Below the pieces are notes generated by a model, which saw only the letters and a list, made by a program, of their open reading frames with translations, was not told the origin of the DNA and ran no database searches. Positions 1 through 7,919 of a stretch of DNA of 64,000 nt are shown one piece after another. The first letter of the stretch is position 1. Each line of letters begins with the position of its first letter. Source of the stretch: a virus (Duplodnaviria > Caudoviricetes); IMG/VR virus record IMGVR_UViG_3300050645_000186, positions 1-64,000 of that record, one strand, 5' to 3'. The translations under genes and the position numbers were made by a program.

Positions 1-498
1 TCATAGCGTTTTCAGAAATTTGCTGTTTGGCATATTCACTAACCGTAGCTGTATGCCCTGCGCAAACAATGATCGCGCTTTTATTTGGACGATTTCGGGA
101 AATGTCCCAAGTTCCATGGCAATTTGTTTGTCTGTATATCCATAGGACGCCAATTGTATGAATTCGTCATCGGGTACCAATAGCCCGGCCGCAAATCGGT
201 TTGCCTCAAGCTCCGTTTTCGCGGTGGAATGAAACCCTTCATCCCGTAAAGGCGAAGCCATGGCCATACGGAGATGCAGCCTGTCGTGCCCCAATTCGTG
301 TGCGCAGACCAACCGCTTCATTTGATCATCCAGAGCAGCGTTGATCACAATCATTCGCACGCGGTTCATGTAGCAATAATAGCCCTTGAGTTTCCTTAGA
401 TTATCATACTCAACGCATATACCCAGCATCTCCGCAATAATAAAAGGATCGCCGGTTCCATACTTTCTGACCAGAGCATTGCAGAGCCGGTCGATCAT
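1..498 (-). CDS. ImmA/IrrE-family metallopeptidase (anti-repressor)
   Basis: HELGH zincin motif and ELEANRFAAGLL; directly downstream of an XRE gene; ATG at 498 has a GGAGG RBS. Confidence 0.9.
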   Translation of the reverse strand: MIDRLCNALVRKYGTGDPFIIAEMLGICVEYDNLRKLKGYYCYMNRVRMIVINAALDDQMKRLVCAHELGHDRLHLRMAMASPLRDEGFHSTAKTELEANRFAAGLLVPDDEFIQLASYGYTDKQIAMELGTFPEIVQIKARSLFAQGIQLRLVNMPNSKFLKTL

Positions 499-576
499 GC
501 CTCCGTTCACACCTATCTACTCCCATATCTTTATACTTTGAGTATAACAGGCTATGTGTGCAAAAGTCCGTACAGA

Positions 577-996
577 TCATTCCGGCTTATCTTCCGTTTG
601 TCCTTTATTCCCATACTTTTCTTTGGCAATTTCCTTTGAACGCTGAAACATCCGCATGAGCGAGCCCATGAATTCCTCGCGTTCTTCGTCCGTAATGTCA
701 CCGCCCGCCAAATACGCCTGCGCGTCGCCGAGTATCTTTTGCGCCTGCTGCGCGCCGCGCCCGCCGTACTGCTCGGCCATATCCATAAAGAAAAGCTCCT
801 GATCATTGAGCAACTGGTCGATCGAAACATTGTAAAGCTCGGAAAGCTTTATCAGCACGTCGCGTTTTTTCGGTATCACGTTGTTCTCTTCATAGCTTTG
901 ATAGGCCCGCGTGGAGATGCCGATGTACTCCGCTACCTTGCGTTGAGGATACTTAGCATTTTCTCTTAATATCCTGACCTTCTCGCCGAATGTCAT
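577..996 (-). CDS. XRE-family HTH prophage repressor
   Basis: N-terminal HTH (LRENAKYPQRKVAEYIGISTRAYQSYE); divergent from the early operon. Confidence 0.9.
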   Translation of the reverse strand: MTFGEKVRILRENAKYPQRKVAEYIGISTRAYQSYEENNVIPKKRDVLIKLSELYNVSIDQLLNDQELFFMDMAEQYGGRGAQQAQKILGDAQAYLAGGDITDEEREEFMGSLMRMFQRSKEIAKEKYGNKGQTEDKPE

Positions 997-1022
997 TTAT
1001 TGGAACCTCCGTCTAATATTTG

Positions 1023-1096
1023 CGAAGTAAACTTCGTGAATTATCATTGACTCCATGTCGTGGCGTTTGTATAATAGCATACGAAGTGGACTTCGT
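1023..1096 (+). promoter_or_regulatory. Rightward sigma70 promoter flanked by two palindromic operators
   Basis: TTGACT (1047-1052), 17-nt spacer, TATAAT (1070-1075); palindromes CGAAGT-AA-ACTTCG (1023-1036) and ACGAAGT-GG-ACTTCGT (1081-1096). Confidence 0.85.
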
Positions 1097-1138
1097 CAAC
1101 AAAACTTATGCAGGATAAAATGTCGGGGGTAAAGGGTT

Positions 1139-1336
1139 ATGAGTACACAGGCAATCAAAAAGAAAACGCAGATGGAGGCCAACAGGCTGCATTTGTCAAT
1201 GCGGTGTCCGGTATGCACCAAGCGGGCGTTTGACATATCCGATCTGCCGAAACAGCCGATCCATGTGGAAATAAAGTGTCCGCACTGCCATAATATCGTT
1301 CGCATACCCTGTACGGCAGAAGCCGCAATCGGCTAA
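1139..1336 (+). CDS. Small Cys-rich zinc-ribbon protein
   Basis: CPVC and CPHC pairs; homolog at 45972-46139. Confidence 0.75.
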   Translation: MSTQAIKKKTQMEANRLHLSMRCPVCTKRAFDISDLPKQPIHVEIKCPHCHNIVRIPCTAEAAIG

Positions 1337-1402
1337 CGAATAGGATTTACGCTATATCATCTACCGAGCAAAGGCACCGCCTGAAAAGCGAGTGACCAAA
1401 TG

Positions 1403-1443
1403 GCCGGAGTGAAGCAAGAAACTGCTTTGCTCCGGCTTTTTTT
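1403..1443 (+). terminator. Intrinsic terminator/attenuator hairpin in the early leader
   Basis: GCCGGAG...CTCCGGC stem with an inner AAGCA/TGCTT stem, followed by T7. Confidence 0.7.
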
Positions 1444-1491
1444 GTATTTGCAGTTCCTTTCTTCACTCCAACGAAGAAAGGAACTGCTTTT

Positions 1492-1881
1492 ATGCAAATC
1501 AAGTACCGGTTTGTCAACGAGGCCGTCGACGTGGAGGTCGACGAGAAATGGGGTGCTATCCTTCTTGATCTGGATCGCCGCGAGTACAACAACGACCAAA
1601 CCGAAACCCGGCGTCATGCTTCTCTGAATGCCATGGAGTATGAGGGCGAGGCGTTCATCGACCCTAACGCCAACGTCGCTAACGCCATAGAGAAAGCATT
1701 GGAAAGCAAAAACCTGCAAAAGGCCATCGGCATGCTACTCCCACAGCAGAAGGAATTGCTGCGGCAGGTATTCTGTGAAAATAGTTCGGTTGCGGACATT
1801 GCGCGGGAACAGGGCGTAAGCCATGTGGCTATTCTCGATCGTTTGAAGCGCATTTACAGGCACCTTGAAAAAAAGTTATGA
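1492..1881 (+). CDS. Sigma-70 region 4-like HTH regulator
   Basis: C-terminal LLPQQKELLRQVF...VADIAREQGVSHVAILDRLKRI helix-turn-helix. Confidence 0.8.
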   Translation: MQIKYRFVNEAVDVEVDEKWGAILLDLDRREYNNDQTETRRHASLNAMEYEGEAFIDPNANVANAIEKALESKNLQKAIGMLLPQQKELLRQVFCENSSVADIAREQGVSHVAILDRLKRIYRHLEKKL

Positions 1882-1965
1882 GTAACCCCCCTTACATTTC
1901 ACCTTTCCCGTGACCTAACAGTGAGGGCCACAAAAACACAGCCCTCGGGAAGAGGTGAAAAGCAT

Positions 1966-2160
1966 ATGCAACACAGATTGAAGATCAGCCTTGACAAAAA
2001 CGCGAAAGGCCCCGGCATCGTGCGGTGCCGCAAGCTACCCCTGTGGGACAGGGTACTACGCCGCCTGCTGGGCGAATCGAACGGCGTCATGGTAATCGTC
2101 CCCGGCAACACCGTCAGGACGCTCACAATCCAAGAGGTGGCGGAGGGCGAGGATGACTGA
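1966..2160 (+). CDS. Conserved small phage protein
   Basis: RBS GAGGTG; homolog at the same position in element 2 (47070-47306). Confidence 0.7.
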   Translation: MQHRLKISLDKNAKGPGIVRCRKLPLWDRVLRRLLGESNGVMVIVPGNTVRTLTIQEVAEGEDD

Positions 2161-3601
2161 GCCTGTCGCCGCCAGCGGGATGCGGCTGCCCATCCGGGCC
2201 GCTCCGTACCGGCATCAGGTGGAAGCGTTCGAATTCGCCTGCGGGCTGTTCGGTTTGGAGGGCGATCCGGTGTCCACGGGTGCGGCGCTCCTCATGGAAA
2301 TGGGGTGCGGCAAGAGCCTGACCGGCATCGCGGTAGCGGGCGCGCTATACGGAGCCGGAAAAATCCGCCGGATGCTGGTGGTAGCGCCGCTCTCCATCCT
2401 CGGCGTGTGGCAGGAGGAATTCCGAAAGTTCGCGGGCTTCGACTACGCGCTGGCGGTGCTCACAGGTAGCGCCGGGAAGAAGGCGGATACCCTGCGGCAC
2501 CTTCGGGGCGCGCCCCTGCAGGTGGCGGTGATCAACTACGAAAGCGCGTGGCGCATGGAAAAGGAGCTTCTGGCGTGGGATGCAGACCTGATCGTCGCGG
2601 ACGAGGGGCACAAGATCAAAACCCACAATATCTCCGCTTCCAAGGCCATGCACCGCTTGGGCGCGAAGGCGCGGTACCGGCTGCTGCTCACGGGGACGGT
2701 CATCACCAACAAGGCCATCGATGTGTTCAGCCAGTACAAGTTCCTGAATCCGGCGGTCTTCGGCCCGAGCTACTATGTGTTCCGCAACCGGTACTTCGAT
2801 ATGGTGGGCTACGGCAACCACACCCCAGTGCTTAAACGGAGCATGGAGCCGGAGCTCATGCGCGGGCTGCACAGCATCGCGTACCGGGCGACCAAGGCCG
2901 AATGCCTCGATTTGCCGGAGACCACGGACATTGTGCGGTTTGTCGAGCTGGAACCCGCCGCCCTGCGCATCTACCGCGATCTGGTACGGGACAGCTACGC
3001 CGAGCTTGGCAAAGGTGAAGTTACCGTCACCAATATCCTCACCCGGCTGCTGCGGCTGTCGCAGCTTACGGGCGGTTTCATCGGGGACGACGAGGGCAAC
3101 ACCCCGCAGCGGATCAGCACCGCCAAGCAGGCGGCGCTCGAGGACATCGTGGAGGACGTGCTGCAGGAGGGCAGAAAGCTGGTGGTGATCGCCCGGTTCG
3201 TGCCGGAGATCGACGCCATCCGCAAGCTGCTGGAAACGAAGGGCATCCGGTACTCGCTCATCATGGGCGGCGTGAAGGATCGGGACGCGCAGATCGCCAC
3301 GTTCCAGAACGACCTGGACGTGCAGGTGTTCGTGGGGCAGATCGCCACGGCGGGGCTGGGCATCACGCTCACGGCCGCGAGCACCATGGTGTTTTACTCG
3401 CTCGATTACTCCATGAGCAATTTCGAGCAGACCAAAGCGAGAATCCATCGCCTCGGCCAGAAACACAACTGCACCTACATCTACCTGACCGCCAAAGGCA
3501 CCGTGGACGAAAAGGTGCTCACAGCGCTCAAGAACAAAGCCGACCTCGCAAAAGCGCTGGTCGACGATTACCGCAGCGGGCAAAACCCGTTTGCGCCATA
3601 G
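2153..3601 (+). CDS. SNF2-family (SF2) helicase
   Basis: MEMGCGKS Walker A, DEGH, LLLTGT, QTKARIHRLGQ motif VI. Confidence 0.92.
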   Translation: MTEPVAASGMRLPIRAAPYRHQVEAFEFACGLFGLEGDPVSTGAALLMEMGCGKSLTGIAVAGALYGAGKIRRMLVVAPLSILGVWQEEFRKFAGFDYALAVLTGSAGKKADTLRHLRGAPLQVAVINYESAWRMEKELLAWDADLIVADEGHKIKTHNISASKAMHRLGAKARYRLLLTGTVITNKAIDVFSQYKFLNPAVFGPSYYVFRNRYFDMVGYGNHTPVLKRSMEPELMRGLHSIAYRATKAECLDLPETTDIVRFVELEPAALRIYRDLVRDSYAELGKGEVTVTNILTRLLRLSQLTGGFIGDDEGNTPQRISTAKQAALEDIVEDVLQEGRKLVVIARFVPEIDAIRKLLETKGIRYSLIMGGVKDRDAQIATFQNDLDVQVFVGQIATAGLGITLTAASTMVFYSLDYSMSNFEQTKARIHRLGQKHNCTYIYLTAKGTVDEKVLTALKNKADLAKALVDDYRSGQNPFAP

Positions 3602-3610
3602 GAGGAAACA

Positions 3611-3895
3611 ATGAGACTTTTTGAAACCATCCGCATGCTTTCAGGCAATCCGACGCTCCGGGAGAATGTCGCGGATGCTTCGAACGCCGCGCTCAAAGCT
3701 GTAACCTGCGCGCTTTCCATTATGGAGGAAGCCTGCCTGACCATCGCATCTGAGCTGAAACGCATACGCGACGGCTTGCCCCGTTTCCGTGAAGATTCGC
3801 CGGAGGAGGCGCTCGCGCTTGCGTTTGAAAAGCTGGCTTGTGCGAAAAAAACCATTCAGTGCCTTGTCGAAGGGGGCGGTTTCCATGTCGAGTGA
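3611..3895 (+). CDS. Hypothetical protein (absent from element 2)
   Basis: AGGAGG RBS; overlaps the start of the next gene. Confidence 0.6.
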   Translation: MRLFETIRMLSGNPTLRENVADASNAALKAVTCALSIMEEACLTIASELKRIRDGLPRFREDSPEEALALAFEKLACAKKTIQCLVEGGGFHVE

Positions 3896-4301
3896 AAGGC
3901 TGTTCGAACTGGCCGACCGGCTGCGTGAGCTGCGCGAGGCCAAGGTGTATGCCGAGCAGGCGCTCAAAGAGGTCAACGACCAGCTCGACGAGGTGGACTA
4001 CCGCCTATCCGAGCTTATGGCCGAGACCGAAACGCAGAACTTCACGCGCGGCGGCACCATGTTCTACCTGATTTCCAAGACCCGCGCGTCTGCTACGGCC
4101 GACCGTAAGGATGAGCTGTTCGCAGCGCTGCGCGGCGAGGGCTACGGCGAGCTTGTCACGGAAACGGTCAACGCCAATTCCCTGTCCGCGTTCGTAAAGG
4201 AGCAGATCACCGAGAACGGCGACGCGCTGCCCGATTGGCTCCGGGGCTTGGTGAATGTATTTGAAAAAACCACCGTCGGCGTCCGAAAGGCCGTCAAATA
4301 A
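3885..4301 (+). CDS. Conserved phage replication-module protein (gp33-like)
   Basis: Coiled-coil N-terminus and ETVNANSLSAFVKE; homolog at 48795-49205. Confidence 0.75.
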   Translation: MSSERLFELADRLRELREAKVYAEQALKEVNDQLDEVDYRLSELMAETETQNFTRGGTMFYLISKTRASATADRKDELFAALRGEGYGELVTETVNANSLSAFVKEQITENGDALPDWLRGLVNVFEKTTVGVRKAVK

Positions 4302-4328
4302 AGAATTTTGAAGATGAGGGATTGAAGA

Positions 4329-4952
4329 ATGGCTACAAAAACAAAAGCAACGAAGCGTCTAGAGGCGCAGGTCAACAACGATGCGGAGGCCGCTATCCTT
4401 ATGCCGTATGTCGTGGAATGCGAGATCACCGGCACGTCGCCCATCCTTTTTCACCGTTGGAGCTGTGAGGATGTGGAGGCGAAGGCCACCGCTGCAAAGA
4501 ACAGCAAAGCCAAGAAAACCGACAACATTGAGGCATATCTGTATCGCAACGATAAGCGCGAGATTTGTATTCCCACCGAGTATTTCCGACAGAGCATCAT
4601 CACAGCAGCGAAATGCCGCCAAGACCCCCGCAGCCCGCGTAAAAGTGCCTGTGACCTGTTCAAGGCCAGCGTGCTTTCGATCAGCGATTTGGCTACGACC
4701 GGCTGCGGCGAACCGGACTATATCGACAAGCGCCGCGTTTGCGTGCAGCGTGCGGGGATCACCCGTCTGCGCCCGGCACTCGATGCGGGATGGAAGGTCA
4801 GGGTGCTTTTGCAGGTGCAAACGCCGGAGTACATTGCGCCGAGCTTCCTGCTTGACGTGATGGCGGATGCCGGGAGGCTGGTCGGCGTCGGGGATTTCCG
4901 CCCAACATACGGGCGTTTTCAGGTCAGCAATTTTTCGCTGCTGGCTGACTAA
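4329..4952 (+). CDS. Orphan RAMP/Cas7-like RNA-binding protein (candidate Vipr-like effector)
   Basis: RAMP-like motif order: ITGTSPILFH first strand, ICIPTEYFRQSI helix, RRVCVQRAGITRLRP hairpin, and C-terminal Gly-rich loop AGRLVGVGDFRPTYGRF; adjacent to GGY-NN arrays. The fold is inferred, not computed. Confidence 0.7.
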   Translation: MATKTKATKRLEAQVNNDAEAAILMPYVVECEITGTSPILFHRWSCEDVEAKATAAKNSKAKKTDNIEAYLYRNDKREICIPTEYFRQSIITAAKCRQDPRSPRKSACDLFKASVLSISDLATTGCGEPDYIDKRRVCVQRAGITRLRPALDAGWKVRVLLQVQTPEYIAPSFLLDVMADAGRLVGVGDFRPTYGRFQVSNFSLLAD

Positions 4953-4962
4953 TACACCAATA

Positions 4963-5054
4963 CCGGGCATGGTACGGCTCGGCCAGGCAAGGTTGGGTCA
5001 GGCAGGGTAAGCCCATCGTTTCTGGGGCAGTTTGTCGTCAAAACTGCCACCCCA
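4963..5054 (+). ncRNA. Putative guide RNA unit 1 (array 1 plus 3' hairpin)
   Basis: Non-coding array followed by CGTTT and hairpin GGCAGTTT (5026-5033), loop GTCGTCA, AAACTGCC (5041-5048). Confidence 0.6.
4966..5010 (+). repeat. GGY-NN pentamer array 1 (9 units)
   Basis: GGC-AT GGT-AC GGC-TC GGC-CA GGC-AA GGT-TG GGT-CA GGC-AG GGT-AA. Confidence 0.95.
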
Positions 5055-5058
5055 TTCC

Positions 5059-5143
5059 CCGGGCGTGGCAGGGCAAGGCAAGGTCTGGCTCGGTCAGGCA
5101 AGGCAGGGCAAGGCGTTTAGGCGGTTATTACGATAAAACCGCC
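5059..5143 (+). ncRNA. Putative guide RNA unit 2 (array 2 plus 3' hairpin)
   Basis: Array ending in CGTTT, then hairpin GGCGGTT (5120-5126) / AACCGCC (5137-5143). Confidence 0.6.
5062..5116 (+). repeat. GGY-NN pentamer array 2 (11 units)
   Basis: GGC-GT GGC-AG GGC-AA GGC-AA GGT-CT GGC-TC GGT-CA GGC-AA GGC-AG GGC-AA GGC-GT. Confidence 0.95.
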
Positions 5144-5170
5144 ATCTATTCAAAAACGGAGGAAAACACA

Positions 5171-5923
5171 ATGTCTAAAAAAGATACGGATATTCAGGTG
5201 GTCGGCAACGCATTTGCGCATCTGTCTGAATTCAATATGAGCGCGGCCATGGCCGAGGAGCTTGACGGCCTCAACGTCAATTTTGAGCGCATCAAGATAC
5301 CGGCAGGCGGCAGCACCGTGTTCGAGCTGCCCGGCGAGGAAACCGACGAACCGGATATGACCAAGGAGTTCAGCGGCGTCATTCTGTGGCACCATCCGCT
5401 CTTCGCCTTCTATACGGACAAATACACCGGGGCGAACAACCCGCCCGTCTGCGGCAGCTTCGATGGCATGACCGGCGAGGGCATGCCCGGCGGTTCCTGC
5501 GCCAAATGCCCTTACAACCAGTTTGGCTCCGGCGAAAACGGCTCCAAGGCGTGCAAAAACCGCCGCCGCATCTATGTGCTGCGCGAGGGCGAGATTTTCC
5601 CGCTGCTGCTGTCCCTGCCCACCGGCAGCCTTAAGGAGTTCACGCGCTACATCAAGCGCCTGCTCAGCAAAGGCAAGAAATCCAACGCAATCGTTACCCG
5701 TTTTTCGCTCAAAAAGGCGATGAGCGCAAGCGGCATCGCGTATTCGCAGGCGCAATTCAGCATCGACCGCGATCTGAATGTCGAGGAGTACGCGCTGATC
5801 GCTACGCTGGCTGAGCAGGTCAAGGCACACAGCAGGCGCGTCGCCTTCGAGGTGGACGAGCCTGTGGAGAATATCCCGGCGATCGACCCGGAAACCGGCG
5901 AGATCATCGAACCTTTACGGTAA
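5171..5923 (+). CDS. Conserved phage replication protein (putative ssDNA-binding/annealing)
   Basis: Sits before the DNA polymerase; CxxC (CAKC) and acidic tail (IDPETGEIIEPL); homolog at 49273-50022. Confidence 0.6.
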   Translation: MSKKDTDIQVVGNAFAHLSEFNMSAAMAEELDGLNVNFERIKIPAGGSTVFELPGEETDEPDMTKEFSGVILWHHPLFAFYTDKYTGANNPPVCGSFDGMTGEGMPGGSCAKCPYNQFGSGENGSKACKNRRRIYVLREGEIFPLLLSLPTGSLKEFTRYIKRLLSKGKKSNAIVTRFSLKKAMSASGIAYSQAQFSIDRDLNVEEYALIATLAEQVKAHSRRVAFEVDEPVENIPAIDPETGEIIEPLR

Positions 5924-5992
5924 TCAACCCGCCCGGTGCGAGTGGGAGGCATACCCTCCCTCTCGGCCCTCGGGCAGACAGGAGCAGACAGT

Positions 5993-7915
5993 ATGGCATA
6001 CAGGTGCGTGACAGTACCAAAAGAAATACACGAATACCTTCATGGCGCGGCCATCGTTGCGTTCGACTTTGAAACCGCACCGCTGGAAACGTATCGCAGC
6101 GAAGAAAAGGCTGCGCTGGATGCGCACAAATCTGTAATCGTGGGCGTGAGCCTATCGGTTGCCGAAGACAGTGCCATCTATGTCCCACTCCGGCACCGGG
6201 TTGGCGAGAATGCCGACTCGCCGGAAGCGATCATGGCGACCTTGCGTTCGGAGCTGTTTGAAAATCCCGATATCCTCAAGATCGCCCACAACCTCGCGTT
6301 CGAGGCGATGTTCCTTTATGCGCTGGGCATCGTGGTGCAGCCGCCCTGTTACGACACGATCGCGGCGGTGCGCATGACGCTCAAGAATCACACGCAGTTT
6401 CGGGCGCTGTCGGACAGCGGCCTGAAAACCTTGGTGCCCGAGCTGTTCGGCGTGGAGCTGCCCGGCTTTGAAGAAGTGACGGCGGGCCGGTTCTTTGACG
6501 AGCTTGATCCGCAGGACACGGAAACGGTGCGCTATGCCTGCGCCGACAGCGATTACGCGCTGCGGCTGTATCACCTACTCAACGGCTGGTTTGACCGTTA
6601 CCTCCCCAAGCACCGCTTCATCGTGGAAGAAATCGAGTCCCCCACGGCCGTGTATTGCGGCCTCATGAAGTACAACGGCTTGCTGGCGGATCAGGCGCGG
6701 ATGCTCGAAAAGCAGGCGGAGGCCGAGCACAGGCTCCAACAGCTCCGGGAGGAGATCGCCTTCCTGATCGGCGACGTGAACATCGGCGCGAACGCGGGTA
6801 CATCCGCGTTCAAGAGCTATCTGTTCAACGACCTCAGTCTGCCGGTGTTGAAAACCACCGCCAAGTACCAGGAGGCGGCGGACGATGAGGTCATGATCCT
6901 GCTCGCCGAGTGGTGCCGGGACAACCGGCCGGAGCTTGTGCCTTTGTTCGAGCTGGTGCAGGAGTACCGGCGCTGGGGCAAGCTCAAGTCCACGTATCTG
7001 GACGGGTATCTGCAGCATATCAACGCGGCCACCGGCAGGATACACCCCGACCTCATGCCGCTGGGCACGGAAACGGGCCGCTTCGCCAGCCGCAAGCCCA
7101 ACCTGCAAAACATGCCGCGTGCGGACGGCGACGTGATCGGCGTCAGGAGCTTCATAACCGCGCCTGCTGGCAGCGTTCTCCTCTCGCTGGACTTCTCGCA
7201 GATCGAGCTGCGCGTCGGCGCGTATTATTGCCGGGATGAAAAGATGCTGGAGACCTACCGCACGGGCGGCGACATTCATGCGCAAACCACGGCGGTCATC
7301 TACGGCATCCCGTTCGCGCAGGCGGCGGATAAGCACGCCGAGCACTACAAGGAGCGGCGCGTAATCGCAAAAAACTGCAACTTCGGTGTGTTCTTCGGGC
7401 TGTTCGCCAAGGGCCTGCAGCGCACGCTCAAGTTCAAGGCGGGCCTGAATACGCCGCTTTCGGAGTGTGAGGGGATCATCGACAATCTGAAAGCGGGTTA
7501 CCCGCGCCTGGCATCTTGGCAGGAGGAGGTCAAGCAGCGGGCGGAGTTCCGCAAATACACGCAGACGTACTTAGGCCGCCGCCGTTACCTGCCGGGCATA
7601 TCCTCATCTGATTGGGGCAAGAAGTCCTTCGCGCAAAGGTGCGCATTGAACACCCCGATCCAAGGCACCGCCGCCGACATCCTCAAGCTGGCGCTCGGGC
7701 GCATCCTCACCGGCCTGCCGGAGCGCATGTGGCTCAAGCCGCTGTTGCAGGTTCACGACGAGCTGGTCTTTGAACTGCCGGACGGCAAAGTATCCGAGGC
7801 GGTTGCTTTCATAAAAACATGCATGGAGGCGCACCCCTTTCCCGAATTTGACGTGCCGATCGTCGCCGAGGCGGCCTGCGGGCCTACCTTCGGCAACATG
7901 GCAGAAATGGAGTAA
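5993..7915 (+). CDS. Family A DNA polymerase (3'-5' exonuclease plus polymerase)
   Basis: ExoI FDFET; motif A LDFSQIELR; motif B AKNCNFG; motif C QVHDEL. Confidence 0.95.
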   Translation: MAYRCVTVPKEIHEYLHGAAIVAFDFETAPLETYRSEEKAALDAHKSVIVGVSLSVAEDSAIYVPLRHRVGENADSPEAIMATLRSELFENPDILKIAHNLAFEAMFLYALGIVVQPPCYDTIAAVRMTLKNHTQFRALSDSGLKTLVPELFGVELPGFEEVTAGRFFDELDPQDTETVRYACADSDYALRLYHLLNGWFDRYLPKHRFIVEEIESPTAVYCGLMKYNGLLADQARMLEKQAEAEHRLQQLREEIAFLIGDVNIGANAGTSAFKSYLFNDLSLPVLKTTAKYQEAADDEVMILLAEWCRDNRPELVPLFELVQEYRRWGKLKSTYLDGYLQHINAATGRIHPDLMPLGTETGRFASRKPNLQNMPRADGDVIGVRSFITAPAGSVLLSLDFSQIELRVGAYYCRDEKMLETYRTGGDIHAQTTAVIYGIPFAQAADKHAEHYKERRVIAKNCNFGVFFGLFAKGLQRTLKFKAGLNTPLSECEGIIDNLKAGYPRLASWQEEVKQRAEFRKYTQTYLGRRRYLPGISSSDWGKKSFAQRCALNTPIQGTAADILKLALGRILTGLPERMWLKPLLQVHDELVFELPDGKVSEAVAFIKTCMEAHPFPEFDVPIVAEAACGPTFGNMAEME

Positions 7916-7919
7916 CAAC

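Noticed and set aside
2345-3583. Long minus-strand ORFs opposite phage genes (also 8162-9490, 22800-24149, 24217-25551, 27493-28734, 62766-63737)
   Set aside because: These are shadow ORFs of GC-rich coding sequence, with no motifs or RBS and fully overlapping well-supported plus-strand genes.
4966-5116. Arrays read as a canonical CRISPR array, a simple (GGCAA)n microsatellite or only a G-quadruplex
   Set aside because: There are no 25-45-nt repeats with spacers. Variation is confined to positions 4-5 of each pentamer, unlike slippage repeats. A two-tier G4 is possible but does not explain the strict Y at position 3, the duplicated unit grammar or the adjacent RAMP-like gene.
7369-7410. Polymerase motif B has Phe where E. 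coli Pol I has Tyr766 (KNCNFGVFFG versus KNVNFGTFYG in element 2)
   Set aside because: This is a conservative change that keeps the aromatic ring, and all catalytic acidic residues are intact. There is no basis for claiming altered function.
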